Source: Callorhinchus milii
Lineage: Eukaryota
Direction of reading: 5' to 3'
DNA length: 64,000 nt
NCBI RefSeq assembly: GCF_018977255.1
Contig: NW_024704743.1
Coordinates: 36,210,001 to 36,274,000, forward strand
Of the stretch, positions 50,496-63,330 are shown piece by piece. The notes under the pieces are model-generated. The model saw only the letters and a list, made by a program, of their open reading frames with translations, had not been told where the DNA came from and did no database searches. Every line of letters begins with the position of its first letter. Positions within the stretch are counted from its first letter, which is position 1. The position numbers and the translations under genes are program-made.

Positions 50496-53349
50496 AAGAT
50501 TTTAAATGAACTTGAGAAAGTAAACCTATACAATACTATCAGATGCACAGAGACAGCAGAACAAGACACCAGTAAATATTTAGCAATATTTAAGTGTCAG
50601 CCTGACTTAGTTGGTAGCACTCTTGTCTCTGATTAAAGATCTCATGGCACTATTCAAAGAAAAGTTTCACCTGGTGTCCTGGCTAATAATTTCTGGGATA
50701 CTCCTGGACATCAATTGGGTGTCACGTTTGTGTACAAAACACAACATCACTACACTTTGTAATATATACTGTGAAGTACTTTGAGACATCCTTTTAACAT
50801 AAAATGCACTATCAAATGCAAGGAACAAAAAGGAGTTCAATAACTGGACAGGTCACCAGGAAGGGTGGTAAGCCCAGAAAATTCGACTTGTTTAAGAAAC
50901 AACTTGATCCTGTGATGGAAAGACAGTAGGTTGGATGGTAGGATGAGATTAAAGGACCAAACAGCTTTCTTTATTCAGACCTCTTTTGTGATCTTTTCTT
51001 TGACTTTAATAATGGTGATTTGCTTTATAGACTTGAATAATGCAGCTACTGTTTTTTTGGTCTCATTGAACACTTCCTTCCATGTGTTTAGAGGATTAGT
51101 TTTCTTCTGATTGAATATAGAAGGTCACAAGATCACCAGGGAGGTTCAGATGAAATAGGCCCTTTGACTGTTTTGATCTCTTCCCTCCAGATACTAACTC
51201 TACCTTCTTTGTCGGCTCGGAAATGATAGAATGCAGAGCAGCTTTTAATGGCTATATATCAGCCCTAGTGACAGTGTGTGATACATCAAGCCACGTAATA
51301 GGCAGCTTTTGTTAAAATTTACTATTCACATATAGTTTGTGGATTGAAATAGATCGGAGCCCCTTCAAAGAGCTTAACTGCCATCAGCCTTACTCTGTCC
51401 AGCAGACACATCCATCAGACACTCATCTCCATTTCCTTTGCCCTCTCCAGTATTTATTACAACAACAACTTGCATTTTCGCCCGCAAATATACGGTCAAT
51501 TCATTTTACAGTCTATTCTGTGAAACACTTTGAGACATCAAGAAAACGTGAAAAGCGCTATATCAAATGCAAGGATTATTATTATTATATAGCGCCCTTT
51601 AAATGGGATAGTGTTCTGGAGTGCTTGACAGTGGCGAAGTATACCCGCTCCTTCTCCCAGGGGAAAGTAAGGGGGAGGTGATCGTAAGCACGATCAAAAA
51701 GGAAGGTCTTTAGGCGGGAGTTAGTTCATATGGAAAGTCAACACTAAGGTCCAGAAACCATATGGGTCTCATTCTGACCCACTGAAACTCCCCTTGGATA
51801 CACCTCAGTTTGAATTTCCAGGAAATGGATTATGGCAAAAGGAGACTCCCAATGAGGAGATTGGTTGAGATTGACATTTGAGTGACATTCCATAGGGTCA
51901 GCCTTAGGCACAGCCTACCAGACACATTTACTTTTTGCCAATCTTGCCATTTAGACTTGCACCTTAACTTACCTTGTTCAGGGTCCATCTCACGATCTAT
52001 CCCTTTGACCATGCTTTTCAGCATCTTTCCCCTTTGGATCCTACTAGGCACCACTCTAACTGTAAGCAAACTAGGTAGCTGCCTAAAATGGCAGATTAAT
52101 GGGAGAAGCGATTTTTTAATGCTTGACTGCAAAATGCAGACGTGAGGGGCTGCAGCGAGTGCTGTTTGCTAACAGAGGCCTGCAGGAGTTTTAAGGTAAA
52201 TTCATCTCTCTTAAAGTCACAGCTATCTGAAGAAGTGTGTGTGTGGGAGGGTGGGTTTGGGGGGTGGATGATGGCACACTGCAGTTTTGCCAAGGCCAGC
52301 AGGCTTCAAATGCCAAGCCAGTATTGTTAAGCACCTTGGAATGTTTTCGCAATATGAAAGGCAATTATATAATTGTAAATTTTATTGTATTTTATTATGA
52401 ATCTTCAAAACAATTGAACATTTACTCCAAAGAGTGATGTTGAGGTTATGGGGGTGTTCGCCTTCTGAAACCTAGTTTCTAATTTATTCAAAATAAATTA
52501 CTGAGCAAATCTACTTCAGTTAAAAGTCAATTATCTGTTCAAACGGATAGTTCACGACTTCAGTTCTTTTTTGCCCTTACTGTTTGTGAAAAATCAAGGC
52601 TATGCAATTGTACCTCTTCTTGACTGATTAGGTATATCAAAAGCAAGGATTATTATTATTATTATTATTATGATATTCATCTTTCTTGCTTTTATCATAT
52701 AGTTGTGGTGAAGAGATGTATACTTCTCATGAAGATAAATGTGGTTCTCTACAGTATACATGCATATAATTTTGCATTTACAAACTGTGTTCTATTTGAA
52801 CTCATTTGAATGTATAATATAACAATGTGTGTCATGCTGGAGTCGAATGCTGTACTTATGTTGCTGGAGTTATTTGTTATCACTTTTCAGCAGCAACATG
52901 TTTTTTTCTCAAGCGCAAAAATCAGAGAGGCCAGGGGCTGGTGAGAGATCTGTGTAACTACATCTAGTGCACGTATGGCCAGCATCGAGGAACACTTAGC
53001 TATTTTAATTTTATTAAAAGGCCAGGAATAATAATAATAATCCTTGTATTTGATATAGCTTTGAGACATCTTCGAGACATCTCAAAGTGCTAAACAAAAT
53101 ATACTGTAAAATGATTTGACTGTGTATCTTGTCAACGAAACCACCAGCTGTAGAATCATAGTAACTTACAGCACAGAAGGAAGCCATTCAGTCCATCATG
53201 CCAGTGCTGGCTTTCTGAAACATCTTATTCTCCTATCTATTTGCCATATCTTAATTTTGTGCTTCTCTAGGAGGATCCCTCTCAGTCATCTTCTCTCAAG
53301 AATAACATTATTCTTATTGATAGTAAGAATCAAACAAGGCAAACAGGAA

Positions 53350-53970
53350 GCTGGGCTATATTGCTAAATTAGTAGGGTTTAGATCCCCAGGTCCCATATT
53401 CACATTGGGCTCTTGTCAGACCAGATCTTGAATACTGATACAGTTCTAGTCACTGCGACATAAAGGGGCTGCCCAGGCCATAGATGCAGTGCAGAGCAGA
53501 GTAATAAGGATGATCTTCAGAGTTAGAGGAATATTATAATAACAATAATAATCCTTGCATTGGATACAACGCCTTCTCACATCTTTGAGACATCTCAAAG
53601 CACTTCACAGGATATATTGTAAAGTGAATTGAATGTATATTTTGGAGGTGAAATGAGTTATGAGCAATGATTAGACAAGCTAGGGCTCTTCAGTATTGAG
53701 AGAAGATGACTCTAAGAGGACCTCGTAGAGGTATATAAAATCTTAAAAGGATTGTAAACTCAGATCAATACTTTTAAGATGTATCAAACTGGTAAAGCAA
53801 GAGGACTTAGGCTTACACTTGTAACTATCAACTTCAAGATAAAGACCAAGAGGGTTTCCTTTATGTGATCAATGACTGGAACCAGTGGCTAGAGGTATGG
53901 TGATGGGGGATGGGATGAGATTGGATGGGCCGAAGGGTCTCCTTCATCCAGATCAATCTTGTGATCTTGT
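53350..53970 (+). mobile_element. old CR1 3' fragment with a nested minus-strand SINE tail (~53535-53655)
   Basis: cttgaatactg, gtgcagagcagag, ctagggctcttcagtattgagagaagatgactctaagaggacctc resemble the CR1 RT C-terminus. Confidence 0.65.
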
Positions 53971-56410
53971 ATGAATCTAATAGTTGGTGTGGGTGTGTAT
54001 GTGTGTGTGGGTGGGGGAGGGGCAGGGGAGGAGGAAGAGGAGGCGGTGGAAGATGCAATAAAACACCCAAGAATTTTACAAACATTTTAAAATGAGAAAT
54101 GAGTGATCTCTCTCAGTCGGTGCATAAATTGTCGCCTTGAAACAGTATCCGTGCTCCTTTGGGGAGGGAAGGGTTGCTTTCCTGAGGCCCCAACTTCCTC
54201 ATGATCTTAGTATTAAAATGATTATTTAAGATAACCAAGGCTAAAAAGATGAGAAATGTAGGGCCTCTGATTGCAATCTTGAGAGCAGCGCAAGGTGAGC
54301 ATGTGTGGACAGTGCATGAAGTTCAGCAGACAAATAGCCCGTCAACAATCGCTATAACTGGGCTCACAGGTGAATGATGACGACAACAACAACAAAATTA
54401 CACGTGTATAGCTCCTTTCACAACATGGCGGAGGTACCAGATGCTGCCCAGGACCCATAAAATCATATTGGATGGAGAAAGGAATCGAGCATTTCATGAG
54501 AGGAGAAAATTGGTGATAAAATTGGTTGTAGTTGAAACCTGATTTATGCTGCAACCAAGAGAAGGATTAGATTCCTGAATCCACTCCCCGAGAGGAATGG
54601 GGCTGTAAATTGAATAGATGTCCCAAGCAGTGTTACAATCTGGGGGAATAATGTGTCAAATCGATGCTAATGATGCAATCAAAAGATCTATTGTGCAATT
54701 CTACAATATCTTGAATTTTTGTATCGAAACCCTTTTGGGCTCATTAATGTAAAATAAGTCTTTTTCTTTCTATCCTAATTCATCTACGTAATGGGACGTT
54801 ACTAATTTCCATGTTGGATCTTTCATTATTTGAGCAAGCCTCTTCGTCGGAGCAAAACCTTTCATTAATATGTTTTTCATTCATGAAAACGCAGATCACT
54901 TTAGCATGTGACATATCCAATTTGTCACCCTAATGCTTTAGTGACCTGTGAGGGATTTTCTCCTACACGTCTGTCTCTTCCGAGCAGTGCACATCACCTC
55001 AGATAAATCTACAAAGTAGCATTGAATTAAGGTAATTTATTTTAAAGCAAGTCATCAATCTCCCATTAAAGGTGTAACTCCCACTCACTGTAGCGTTCAC
55101 TGTTAATGGCTGTTGTTGCAGCCCCCTGCTTGGCAGTGTTGTGTAATTTTCATCTGTCTCCTTTCCCAATCTCTATTTTTACCCCTGTATGTGACACCAT
55201 GGTTGTTGGCGAGGATTTTAACAGGAATCCACATGCTTTATTTCTCTATTGGAATCAAACAAGAAAGGAACCATGCTGTATAGATTAAACTGGTCTGCGC
55301 CAACTCAAATCCATCACTGCTAGATTAACAGTATGCAAATCCCATTGGATTTACTCCCCTGATGTCCATACTTTTCTCTCAGGCTATTCCATTGATGACA
55401 CAGGAACTTTAAACTCAGTATTTTTAATGTTAATAAAGAGCTGTTCAATTTGGACCCAATTGAATTGATGCAGAGCAGCTTCTTGCTTTGTGTCCTACCA
55501 GGTGTGAGCAGCTTCATTGCCAGCACTGTAATCAGTCTATAGATTAATACAGTGATGATGATCAGTGCTGTGCAAGAATAGCCATTTTGTTTTTATTCCA
55601 CTTTTTATTTCAAAGTAAATCTTTTTTGGAGCACTGCATTGCTGCAGAAGCTGCTCATTAGCCAAGGGCAGACCCACAGGGGTTCATTAAAAAAGGGTCA
55701 TTTTCATTCCAGCTCTATACTGGAATATTCTGGAATGTTCAGGGTGAATCAAAAATCCTTTCTCATAGGTCTATATCAGATGTTCAAACTGCAGGCCATG
55801 TAGACGTTTACACATATCAACTCGGTGACGAAAACTCACGAACGAGGTAAAAGACATCTCCTGTAACAGCTGCACACTCTCTACAAATGTTGTCTAAACA
55901 AAAGAACATAATTAATGACTATAACCTTTATGAGAAAGGGCTTCTGATATACCCTGTATACTGGAATAACAACAACAACAAGATTACATTTGTATAACTG
56001 CTTTCATGTCGGGAGGATGTCGCAAGGCGCTGAAATATATTGGACTGTGCACTGGCTTTATTCCAGTAGTTTGCTCTCACCTGACACAAGGACGTATCTG
56101 AATCATAACCCAAATTATATTTATTGAATTGCAGCTGAAGAAGCAGATATCCAACTGTGCAAATTAATAGTCACTAATAAGGGTCAATCTTGTCTTTGAG
56201 AAAGGTTAATAAAGTAAGATGCGGCAAGCTAATTATTCTTCACCTTGGTGCTTTCTTTCTGTCCTACCTTGTTTTGCTGAATATGAATAATGGCCATTTT
56301 ATGAGATCCTCAATGAAAGATCATTAGAGTACATATACTGGTCATTTGTCATGTAGTAGCAGCAACACAAATCATTTGCAGGCCATTCAAAGGCAATTCA
56401 CGCTTCACAA

Positions 56411-56670
56411 TTTTTTTGGGTCAGCGAAGTGTCTGATGCAGAAACCCATCACAATTCTAAAGAGTATCCACATCAGTGTACGAATTCCACGTATATAAGC
56501 CAGCCAGGCATGGAAATGTCCCTGTGTCTAGAATGGAATGCGCACTCTCTCCCTAGAGAACCATCCTGCTTACCTGATTCTGGAGAGTATTAGGCACAGG
56601 TTGGAAAGAGCCAATCGAACACAAACTGTGTATTGGGGTACTGTTAGAGTTCGACCATCTAAAACTGCAT
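56411..56670 (-). mobile_element. family A retroposon 3' fragment
   Basis: (T)7-gggtcagc...gaaacccatcac...agagtatcc. Confidence 0.75.
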
Positions 56671-57053
56671 CGTTCGCCTACAAAATATAGTCATCACATT
56701 TTATCACATCAATATTATTATTAATATTCTTGTGAAGCATTTTGAGACATCTCAATGATGTGATAAGGCACTATATCAAATATAAGGATTATTATTATTA
56801 CTATTATTATTATTATCTATCTTCTGATATCCAAAACCATGTCTTTAATGATCATTACTGTGTAAACGGTACTATATAAAAGCAAGCTGTTATTATAGAA
56901 CACAATGCTGTGTATCACTGCACTTTACAGAAACCTTTATGAAGCTCCTTGAGACATTTTGATGTGATAAGGCACTCATTCAAATGTAAGGATTATCATG
57001 AACAAAGAATGAGACAAATGTCCTTTTATTATTCTTTTGTTTTTCTTTTCCAG

Positions 57054-57243
57054 AGATCTCACTCTGAATTCTCACTGACTACTGAGGAGACCCTAAGTAA
57101 AGAGATAGCAGAGGCCAACTTAAAATCCACCATTTCGGAGGTTATGTGGAAACAGGGACAAAGCCAACCATCAGAAAGTGCTGATCTGCGACCCCGTTCA
57201 CTGCCAAGCTGGAAAAGCCTGGACGTGCTGGATAATAATGCAG
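57054..57243 (+). CDS. MYRIP: MYRIP internal coding exon (190 nt, phase 0-1)
   Basis: long pyrimidine tract plus cag, G|gtacat donor; encodes RSHSEFSLTTEE...SLPSWKSLDVLDNNA, cf. MYRIP RSQSAFSITGEE...LPSWKSVDRLD. Confidence 0.92.
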
Positions 57244-58657
57244 GTACATATCTAACAGGAGGTGTCATTGTATAAAACACAGATTACTCCTCCACCCATT
57301 TAATGGCCATATACAATATGTATGGCTTACACAGGGGATAGGGGAAATTGATTTGCGGTAACCATAATTTGTCCAAGAAGCGATAATCATCTCAGCCCAG
57401 GTAGTGAGGTTCTGAAGTCAGGTAGTGAGATTTAGGATATGTCAATAATTGTGTAAGTTGCACAACAGCTTAAAGGGAATGGTCAATATGTTTTAAAACC
57501 AATAGGATATTGCTTGTAAATTTTTATTGGAATTTTCTTAGAAAGGTAAAACTAAATTAGTGGTCAAAAATGTATTCAAAATAAGCTTAAAGATATAACA
57601 TAGACCATGGTAACTATTGATAGTTCAGTCAAGCATATAAACAAACATAAGTCTCAAAATGTTTCACAGGAATATTAATAATAATATTGATGTGATAAAA
57701 TGTGGTGACTATATTTTGTCACAATACCTTGAAGCACTTTCCCTATCATATTCAATATTCATGAGCTTTGTATTGCACAATGTAGTGTGACTACTGTAAG
57801 AAACATTCACATCCTAATGTAATTTGAATCTAACTTGTACTTTCTAAATGAGCCTGAACTGATTTCAGAGTTTCAGCACAGTAATCCACATGCAGTAAGC
57901 ACAGTGATACTTGTTGAATTACCTACTAGCTGCTAATTTGAACATGGAATGTCTCTTTTTATCTGGTAATGTAATTAATTGCTCAAAAAAGGAGCTTTCA
58001 TCATGTCTTAAACAATTAATGAGAGGTTCTTTCGACTTTGCATCCTGCAGACTGTTACCAACCCTGGACTTCTCTCTCCTTCATTCAGGTAGTTACGTAT
58101 GTCCACTGGAGCCCTGTCGTTGGTGGTTCATAAATCCCAACCAATGTTATAAGTGAACCCACATTATAATGAAGCGCTTTATAATGGGGTTCTACTCGAT
58201 ATATTTATAAGTTGCCTGCCTTTTAGTATATTGATAGCCTCTTATGTATTGTTTTATGTATATAACAACAAAATGACATTTGTATAGCCCCTTTCATGTC
58301 GGGAGGACGTCCCAAGCTGCTGGACAGTCAAGAGTTTCAGACCCGAGTTGGGGGTCGGGATTGGGGAGGGTGGAGGGCAGGAGGGGAAGCAGGGTGATCG
58401 AAAGCCTAGACATATATAAAAGTATAAGTGACAGGCAGGTTATATGTGGTTCATTGGAAGGAACAAACCCAATTGGCAAAATAGTTTTATGCTATTGTGG
58501 ACAGTTAATCTTCCTCAATCCTCTTAATGTATTATGTATCAGAGTAGACAGTAACAATTAAAATAACAGGCTCCATGTTGAATTTGTTTTCTTATTGGCA
58601 TCTGTTCATATCGGTCTTTGGTGGTTTCATATTATTTGAATACATTTATCATTGCAG

Positions 58658-58817
58658 GTTCCTCAAATATGTTGACCAGTCCTGATGGGAACTGGATAGC
58701 CATGCTGTCCAACACTCCTGCTGCCCGCCCTCGACTACTGACCAAGCCAAAGAGCAGAGCATTTATGGCACTGGAGAGTGAGGCAGAAGTCATCTCTGCC
58801 TATGATGAGATGGGGAC

Positions 58818-58850
<33 letters not shown>

Positions 58851-59352
58851 GATTGCTTGGAGCTCAGCTGTCCCTGAATTTAGGCGGCTTTCTGGGAAAT
58901 TATCAGACAAAGTCTATTACATGGATTCTCAGCATGATGACGAGTGGCCAGAGGCCAATGCAAGACACCGATTAATGACCTCACCATCGTCAGGGCAATA
59001 CACCAATACAGAGACCACATACTCGGACTCGGAGACATCCTCTGCTAGTTCAGTCAAGATCTCTGCCAGAGGGTCAGACGAACAAGCTGTGACAGATGAC
59101 AATACCCAGTATCCACATTGCAGAGATCAGAAGAGGGTGATTGCCCTTCACTCTGGGGAGCCGGACATTAACTACAACTCGCAGGCACAGCGACTTGGGG
59201 CAGTGGACAGCAGTGAAGCCGAGGACGTTCCAAATGATTCCGAGAAGAGGCATCGGCGTAGGAAGAGGAGTAAATGTTCAGCTCAGGAGCAGCTGTATGA
59301 AGCAGAGAGTAACTCGAATAGCCGAGAATCGCAGACTAAAAACACGTGCCAG
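58658..59352 (+). CDS. MYRIP: MYRIP large internal coding exon (695 nt), myosin-binding region into the start of the actin-binding region
   Basis: attgcag acceptor, CAG|gtaata donor; motifs SPDGNWIA, RLLTKPKS, SAYDEMG, SDSETSSA, GEPDINYNSQ and DSSEAE correspond to MYRIP SPDGNWVA, RLLAKPKS, SAYDEMG, SDSETSSA, GELDVNFNPQ and DSSEPE. Confidence 0.95.
58819..58848 (+). repeat. (GAT)10 coding microsatellite encoding poly-Asp
   Basis: perfect GAT x10 in frame within the large MYRIP exon. Confidence 0.95.
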
Positions 59353-60229
59353 GTAATATCATATCTATATTTTGAATAGAAGCATATAACTCACTTAGAG
59401 ATATCTGGGAAGAAGAGAAGTGGAATATCCCATATCATTAAGTCACGTATAATTCTCATAGTGGTCTTTTACATACCGTCTGCTAAAAAGTAGCAAATTT
59501 TTCATTCCTTGTTTTCAGGGGATTTTATTTGCATACTTACTGTAACAATAGGTGCAGTGAGAAGAAATGCCTCATGTATTTGGTGCTGGTAGTTGTTGGG
59601 GTTTGGAGAGACGAACCGGGGCTAACATTAGGCAAGTCGCATTTCCTACAGCCGAATGTAGAAGCACTTTATGATGCTTTGCTGCTGGCGTTTTGTGCAG
59701 TAGTGACTTTTTGGATTGATATAGTCTGTGTTATGCATCATCTATTGACAACAGTCAGATAGGTGTATAAAAAAAAACCTTGACTGACTGTTACATACCT
59801 TTTCCACCACAAGGTGTCATCTGACATCTGTTAAGCAGCAGCTGCCAAATAATCTGTGTGTTGAAAACCTCTAGCAAAAGTCAATGGCTCAGTCCATGTT
59901 TAAATGAATGGGAGTTACATGAGAAAATTTGAGGGAGAAATTCTACTTCCATTTATGTAGCATTTCAGAGTGTCCAGAATTTTGCAAATTATTCAATTTA
60001 GTCTTGCCTTTGAAGTAGTTTTTCTGCAGTTCCTAAAAGAACTTAGATAAAACAGGCTTTAAAAATTAAAGCTGTATTTAAGAACCTGTCAAGTTTTGGA
60101 CACACTGAAATGCTGCATAAATGGAGTAAGTCTAAACCCAGACGGAGGTTTTCCCATCCCAATGAACATATTTGTAAACAGCAACAAACTGCATTTATAC
60201 AGTGCCTTTCACATTGGGAGGACGTGAAT

Positions 60230-60755
60230 AACAGCAATAACAAAATTACATTTGTACAGCGCCTTTCATGTCGGGAGGATATACCAAGGCGCTGGACAAT
60301 CAGTGTTTCGGACCTGAGCTGGGGGTCGGGATCAGGGAGATTGGCGGGCAGTTGGAGTTGGATTGTGGGATGGAGTTCCAGAGGGTGGGGGAAGAGTGGC
60401 TGAAGGCTTGCCTGCCAACGGAGGGGCGGGCGAGGGGCATGAAGCAGGCCGGAGCCCGCTGAGCGGAAGGAGAGGGCAGATTAGTAGGGGGTCACAGAGG
60501 TAGTGGGGAGCAAGGCCATTGTTCAGATTATTTTGTTCCCAATTACAGTAAAAAATATTTATGTATTACAATACAATACAAAATTACATTTGTAAAGTGC
60601 CTTTCACGTCAGGAAGGTGTCCCAAGGCGCTGGACAGTCAGGGGTTTGGACCCGAGTGGAGGGCGGGGGGTGGGATAGGTAGAATGTAGAGCAGGGTGGG
60701 TGGCCGCAGGCATGGTCGAAGAGGAGGGTCTTGAGACGTGCCTTGAGGGAGGCAG
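60230..60755 (-). mobile_element. two adjacent L2 3' fragments
   Basis: aaattacatttgta...ccaaggcgctggaca ends at ~60243 and ~60580. Confidence 0.75.
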
Positions 60756-60815
60756 AGAATAGTTACGGAAGTTTGTTCATTGATAATCCCCCATTCTATG
60801 AAAAGTTAAGTACAA

Positions 60816-61012
60816 ATGTTTTTTTTTCCTTTTTTTCTTGGTCAGCCTGGTATGGGTGTGTGACACATAAGGAAACCCATCACTATGCTTAAGAGTATCC
60901 AAACCAAACTGAGAATTCCATGCATCCCATCTACACATGGGAATCCCAGAGATAGATTGTTGCAATGGAATGTGCACTCTCTCTCTGGAGGGATGCATCC
61001 TGCTTACCTAAT
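60816..61012 (-). mobile_element. family A retroposon 3' fragment with long T-rich (poly-A) tail
   Basis: ttttttttttcctttttttcttggtcagcc...ggaaacccatcactatgcttaagagtatcc. Confidence 0.8.
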
Positions 61013-61387
61013 TTTTTTTACATATGCGCTTGTGGATTGTCACGAGAACTGGCACACAATGGGGCCGAAATGAAGCCAATTGCTAAAAATGGTGATTTAT
61101 TTTGCTATGTCTTTAGATTGAATTTCACATTATAAAGGTGCAGTGGGAAGGTTGTATCTTAGACATTGATGTGAACATTTTATTTTGTATTGTGCATAAA
61201 AATCTCATAAAATGCAGAGTACCTCACTGGCGCCAGTTATCTCTAAGCATTCTTTTAGCAGCACCAGTTCTCAATTGTCCCTGTTTCATCAGTCATAATT
61301 ACAAAGTGGAAGCAGGAAGCACCAGTTATAGTGGCTCATGAATTGTATCTGTGCTTTGTGAACATGAGTTCCCACACACATGAGTTT

Positions 61388-61970
61388 ACAACAACAACAA
61401 ATTACATTTGTATAGTGCCCTTCATGTCAGAAAGACGTCCCAGGGCGCTGGACGATCTGGGTTTTTTGGATCCGAGCTGGGAGTTGGGGTCAGAAGGGGT
61501 GGAGGGCAGGGAAGTGGATGGGTGCTTGGCCAAAGGCACAGTTGAAGAGGAAGGTCTTTAGATGGGACTTGAAGGAGGCAAGAGAAGAGGTGAGACAGAG
61601 GGATTGTGGGGTAGAGTTCCAGAGTGGGGGTGGAGGGCAAAGCTGCTGAATGCCCAACCGCCAATGGTGAGGCGGGCAGTGTGGGCGACTTGAAGCAGGC
61701 CGGTGTCTGCCGAACGGAGGGAGCGGACAGGCTGATGTGGGGTTAGGAGGTCGGAGAGGTGGGGGGTAGCAAGTCCGTGGAGGGCTTTGAAGGTGAGAAC
61801 AAAGGTTTTGAACTTGATTCTCTGAGGGATGAAGAGCCAGTGAAGCTGGGGAAGAACGGGAGTGATTGGTTTGTGGACGCCTGGTCCGGGAGAGGACACA
61901 AGCTGCAGAGTTTTGAATAACCTGCAGATCATGGAGGGAGGAGTTGGGAAGTCCAGGGAGTAGGGCCCGA
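61388..61970 (-). mobile_element. L2 LINE 3' fragment
   Basis: translation PITPVLPQLHWLFIPQRIKFKTFVLTFKALHGLATPHLSDLL. Confidence 0.92.
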
Positions 61971-62714
61971 TGTGTATATCCAGAGCTCTGCTCATTGGCA
62001 TCCATCGCTAGTGATATTTCCAATTTTAGTAAGGAGGCCTTTGTCTTTTTAATTTAGCTAAGAATGAGATTAATTTTAACAAACACATTAAGGCTGCAGT
62101 AGGAAGTTGATCAGTTTTGCCCTCTGACAGAATGAGATGAAACGGGCTGAAGGTTTTCTTTCTGAAAGGCACTTTGTAAGTGCAACTTACTAGAAACTAG
62201 TTATTAGAAATCTTTAGTTAAACCACAAACTCAAAGTAACTCGAAGATAGTGCTGTAGAGACTATCTCCTAAAGGTGGTCTCACGTCACAGCTGTTAAAT
62301 CCAATCACGTAGAAATCAATTATATTAAGCAGCATTGATTCAGCACAAAGTCCCTTTAAATCATCCAGACAGCAGCCCTCTTGGAATTTGTCAGGGTAAT
62401 GAACAGATTTCTGTGAGTCATGGGACTACCTTGACTTCTTTTGATCGAGAATGCTCCAGAATAAGCATTTGCCAGTTAGCCATACAAATGTCATTTTGTA
62501 TTGTATAGTGGAGGTTAATGTACGATAGACTCACTCCTTGTTGGATGGCATTGAAAGGGACAGATTTGGCGAGTCTGTTCTAGGCATTTCTGATAGAATT
62601 ACTGCCCTTCTGTTTGAAGATAATGATTTGCTGTTGGATAACTCACCCATTTACATAGCATTTTCATATCATTACATCATTAGTCCAGAATTTAACAAAT
62701 TCTTAAATGTAGCC

Positions 62715-63065
62715 TTAATTTTGAAACTTAATCTTGAGGTGGTACTTGAAGGTGGCGAGGGAGGGGGCGAGATGGAGGGACTCCAGGATGGAGTTCCAGA
62801 GGGTGGGTGCAGAATGGCGGAAGGCCCGCCGATAGTGGAGCGAGCAAGGCGGGGGACGTGAAGCAGGCCAGAGCCCGCTGAGCGGAGGGAGCGAACAGGA
62901 TGGTAGGGAGTTAGGAGGTCGGAGAGGTAGGGGGGAGGTAGGAGGGCTTTGAAGGTGAGGACCAGGATCTTGAACTGTATCCTGTGTGTGATGGGAAGTC
63001 AGTGGAGTTGGGCAAGGACGGGGGTGATAGAATCACGGAGCCTAGTGCGGGAGAGGACACGAAAC
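62715..63065 (-). mobile_element. L2 LINE internal/3' fragment
   Basis: matches 26780-27120 and 61570-61900. Confidence 0.85.
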
Positions 63066-63174
63066 TATAGAAAACCAACCTCCAAGAACTGAATTTCACA
63101 ATCTGCCAATTGGAATTTCATCTCAGTCGTGTAGTGTGGTAAGTAATGTGTTACCCAGTCCATATAGATATCAT

Positions 63175-63330
63175 ACAATCACAGAATCATAGAATTATAC
63201 AACACAGAAGGAGTCCATTCGGCCCATCACGTCTGTGCCGGCTCTTTTAAAAGAGCTATCCAAATCAATCCCACTACCCCGCTCTCTCTCCATAGCCCTG
63301 CAAACTTGTCCTCCCCAAATATTTATCTAA
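63175..63330 (-). mobile_element. CR1 3' end
   Basis: agaatcatagaattatacaacacagaaggag... as at 25725-25860. Confidence 0.85.

Noticed and set aside
59810..59835. Possible next MYRIP exon (aag|GTGTCATCTGAC, VSSD)
   Set aside because: In-frame TAA after six codons and no further similarity.
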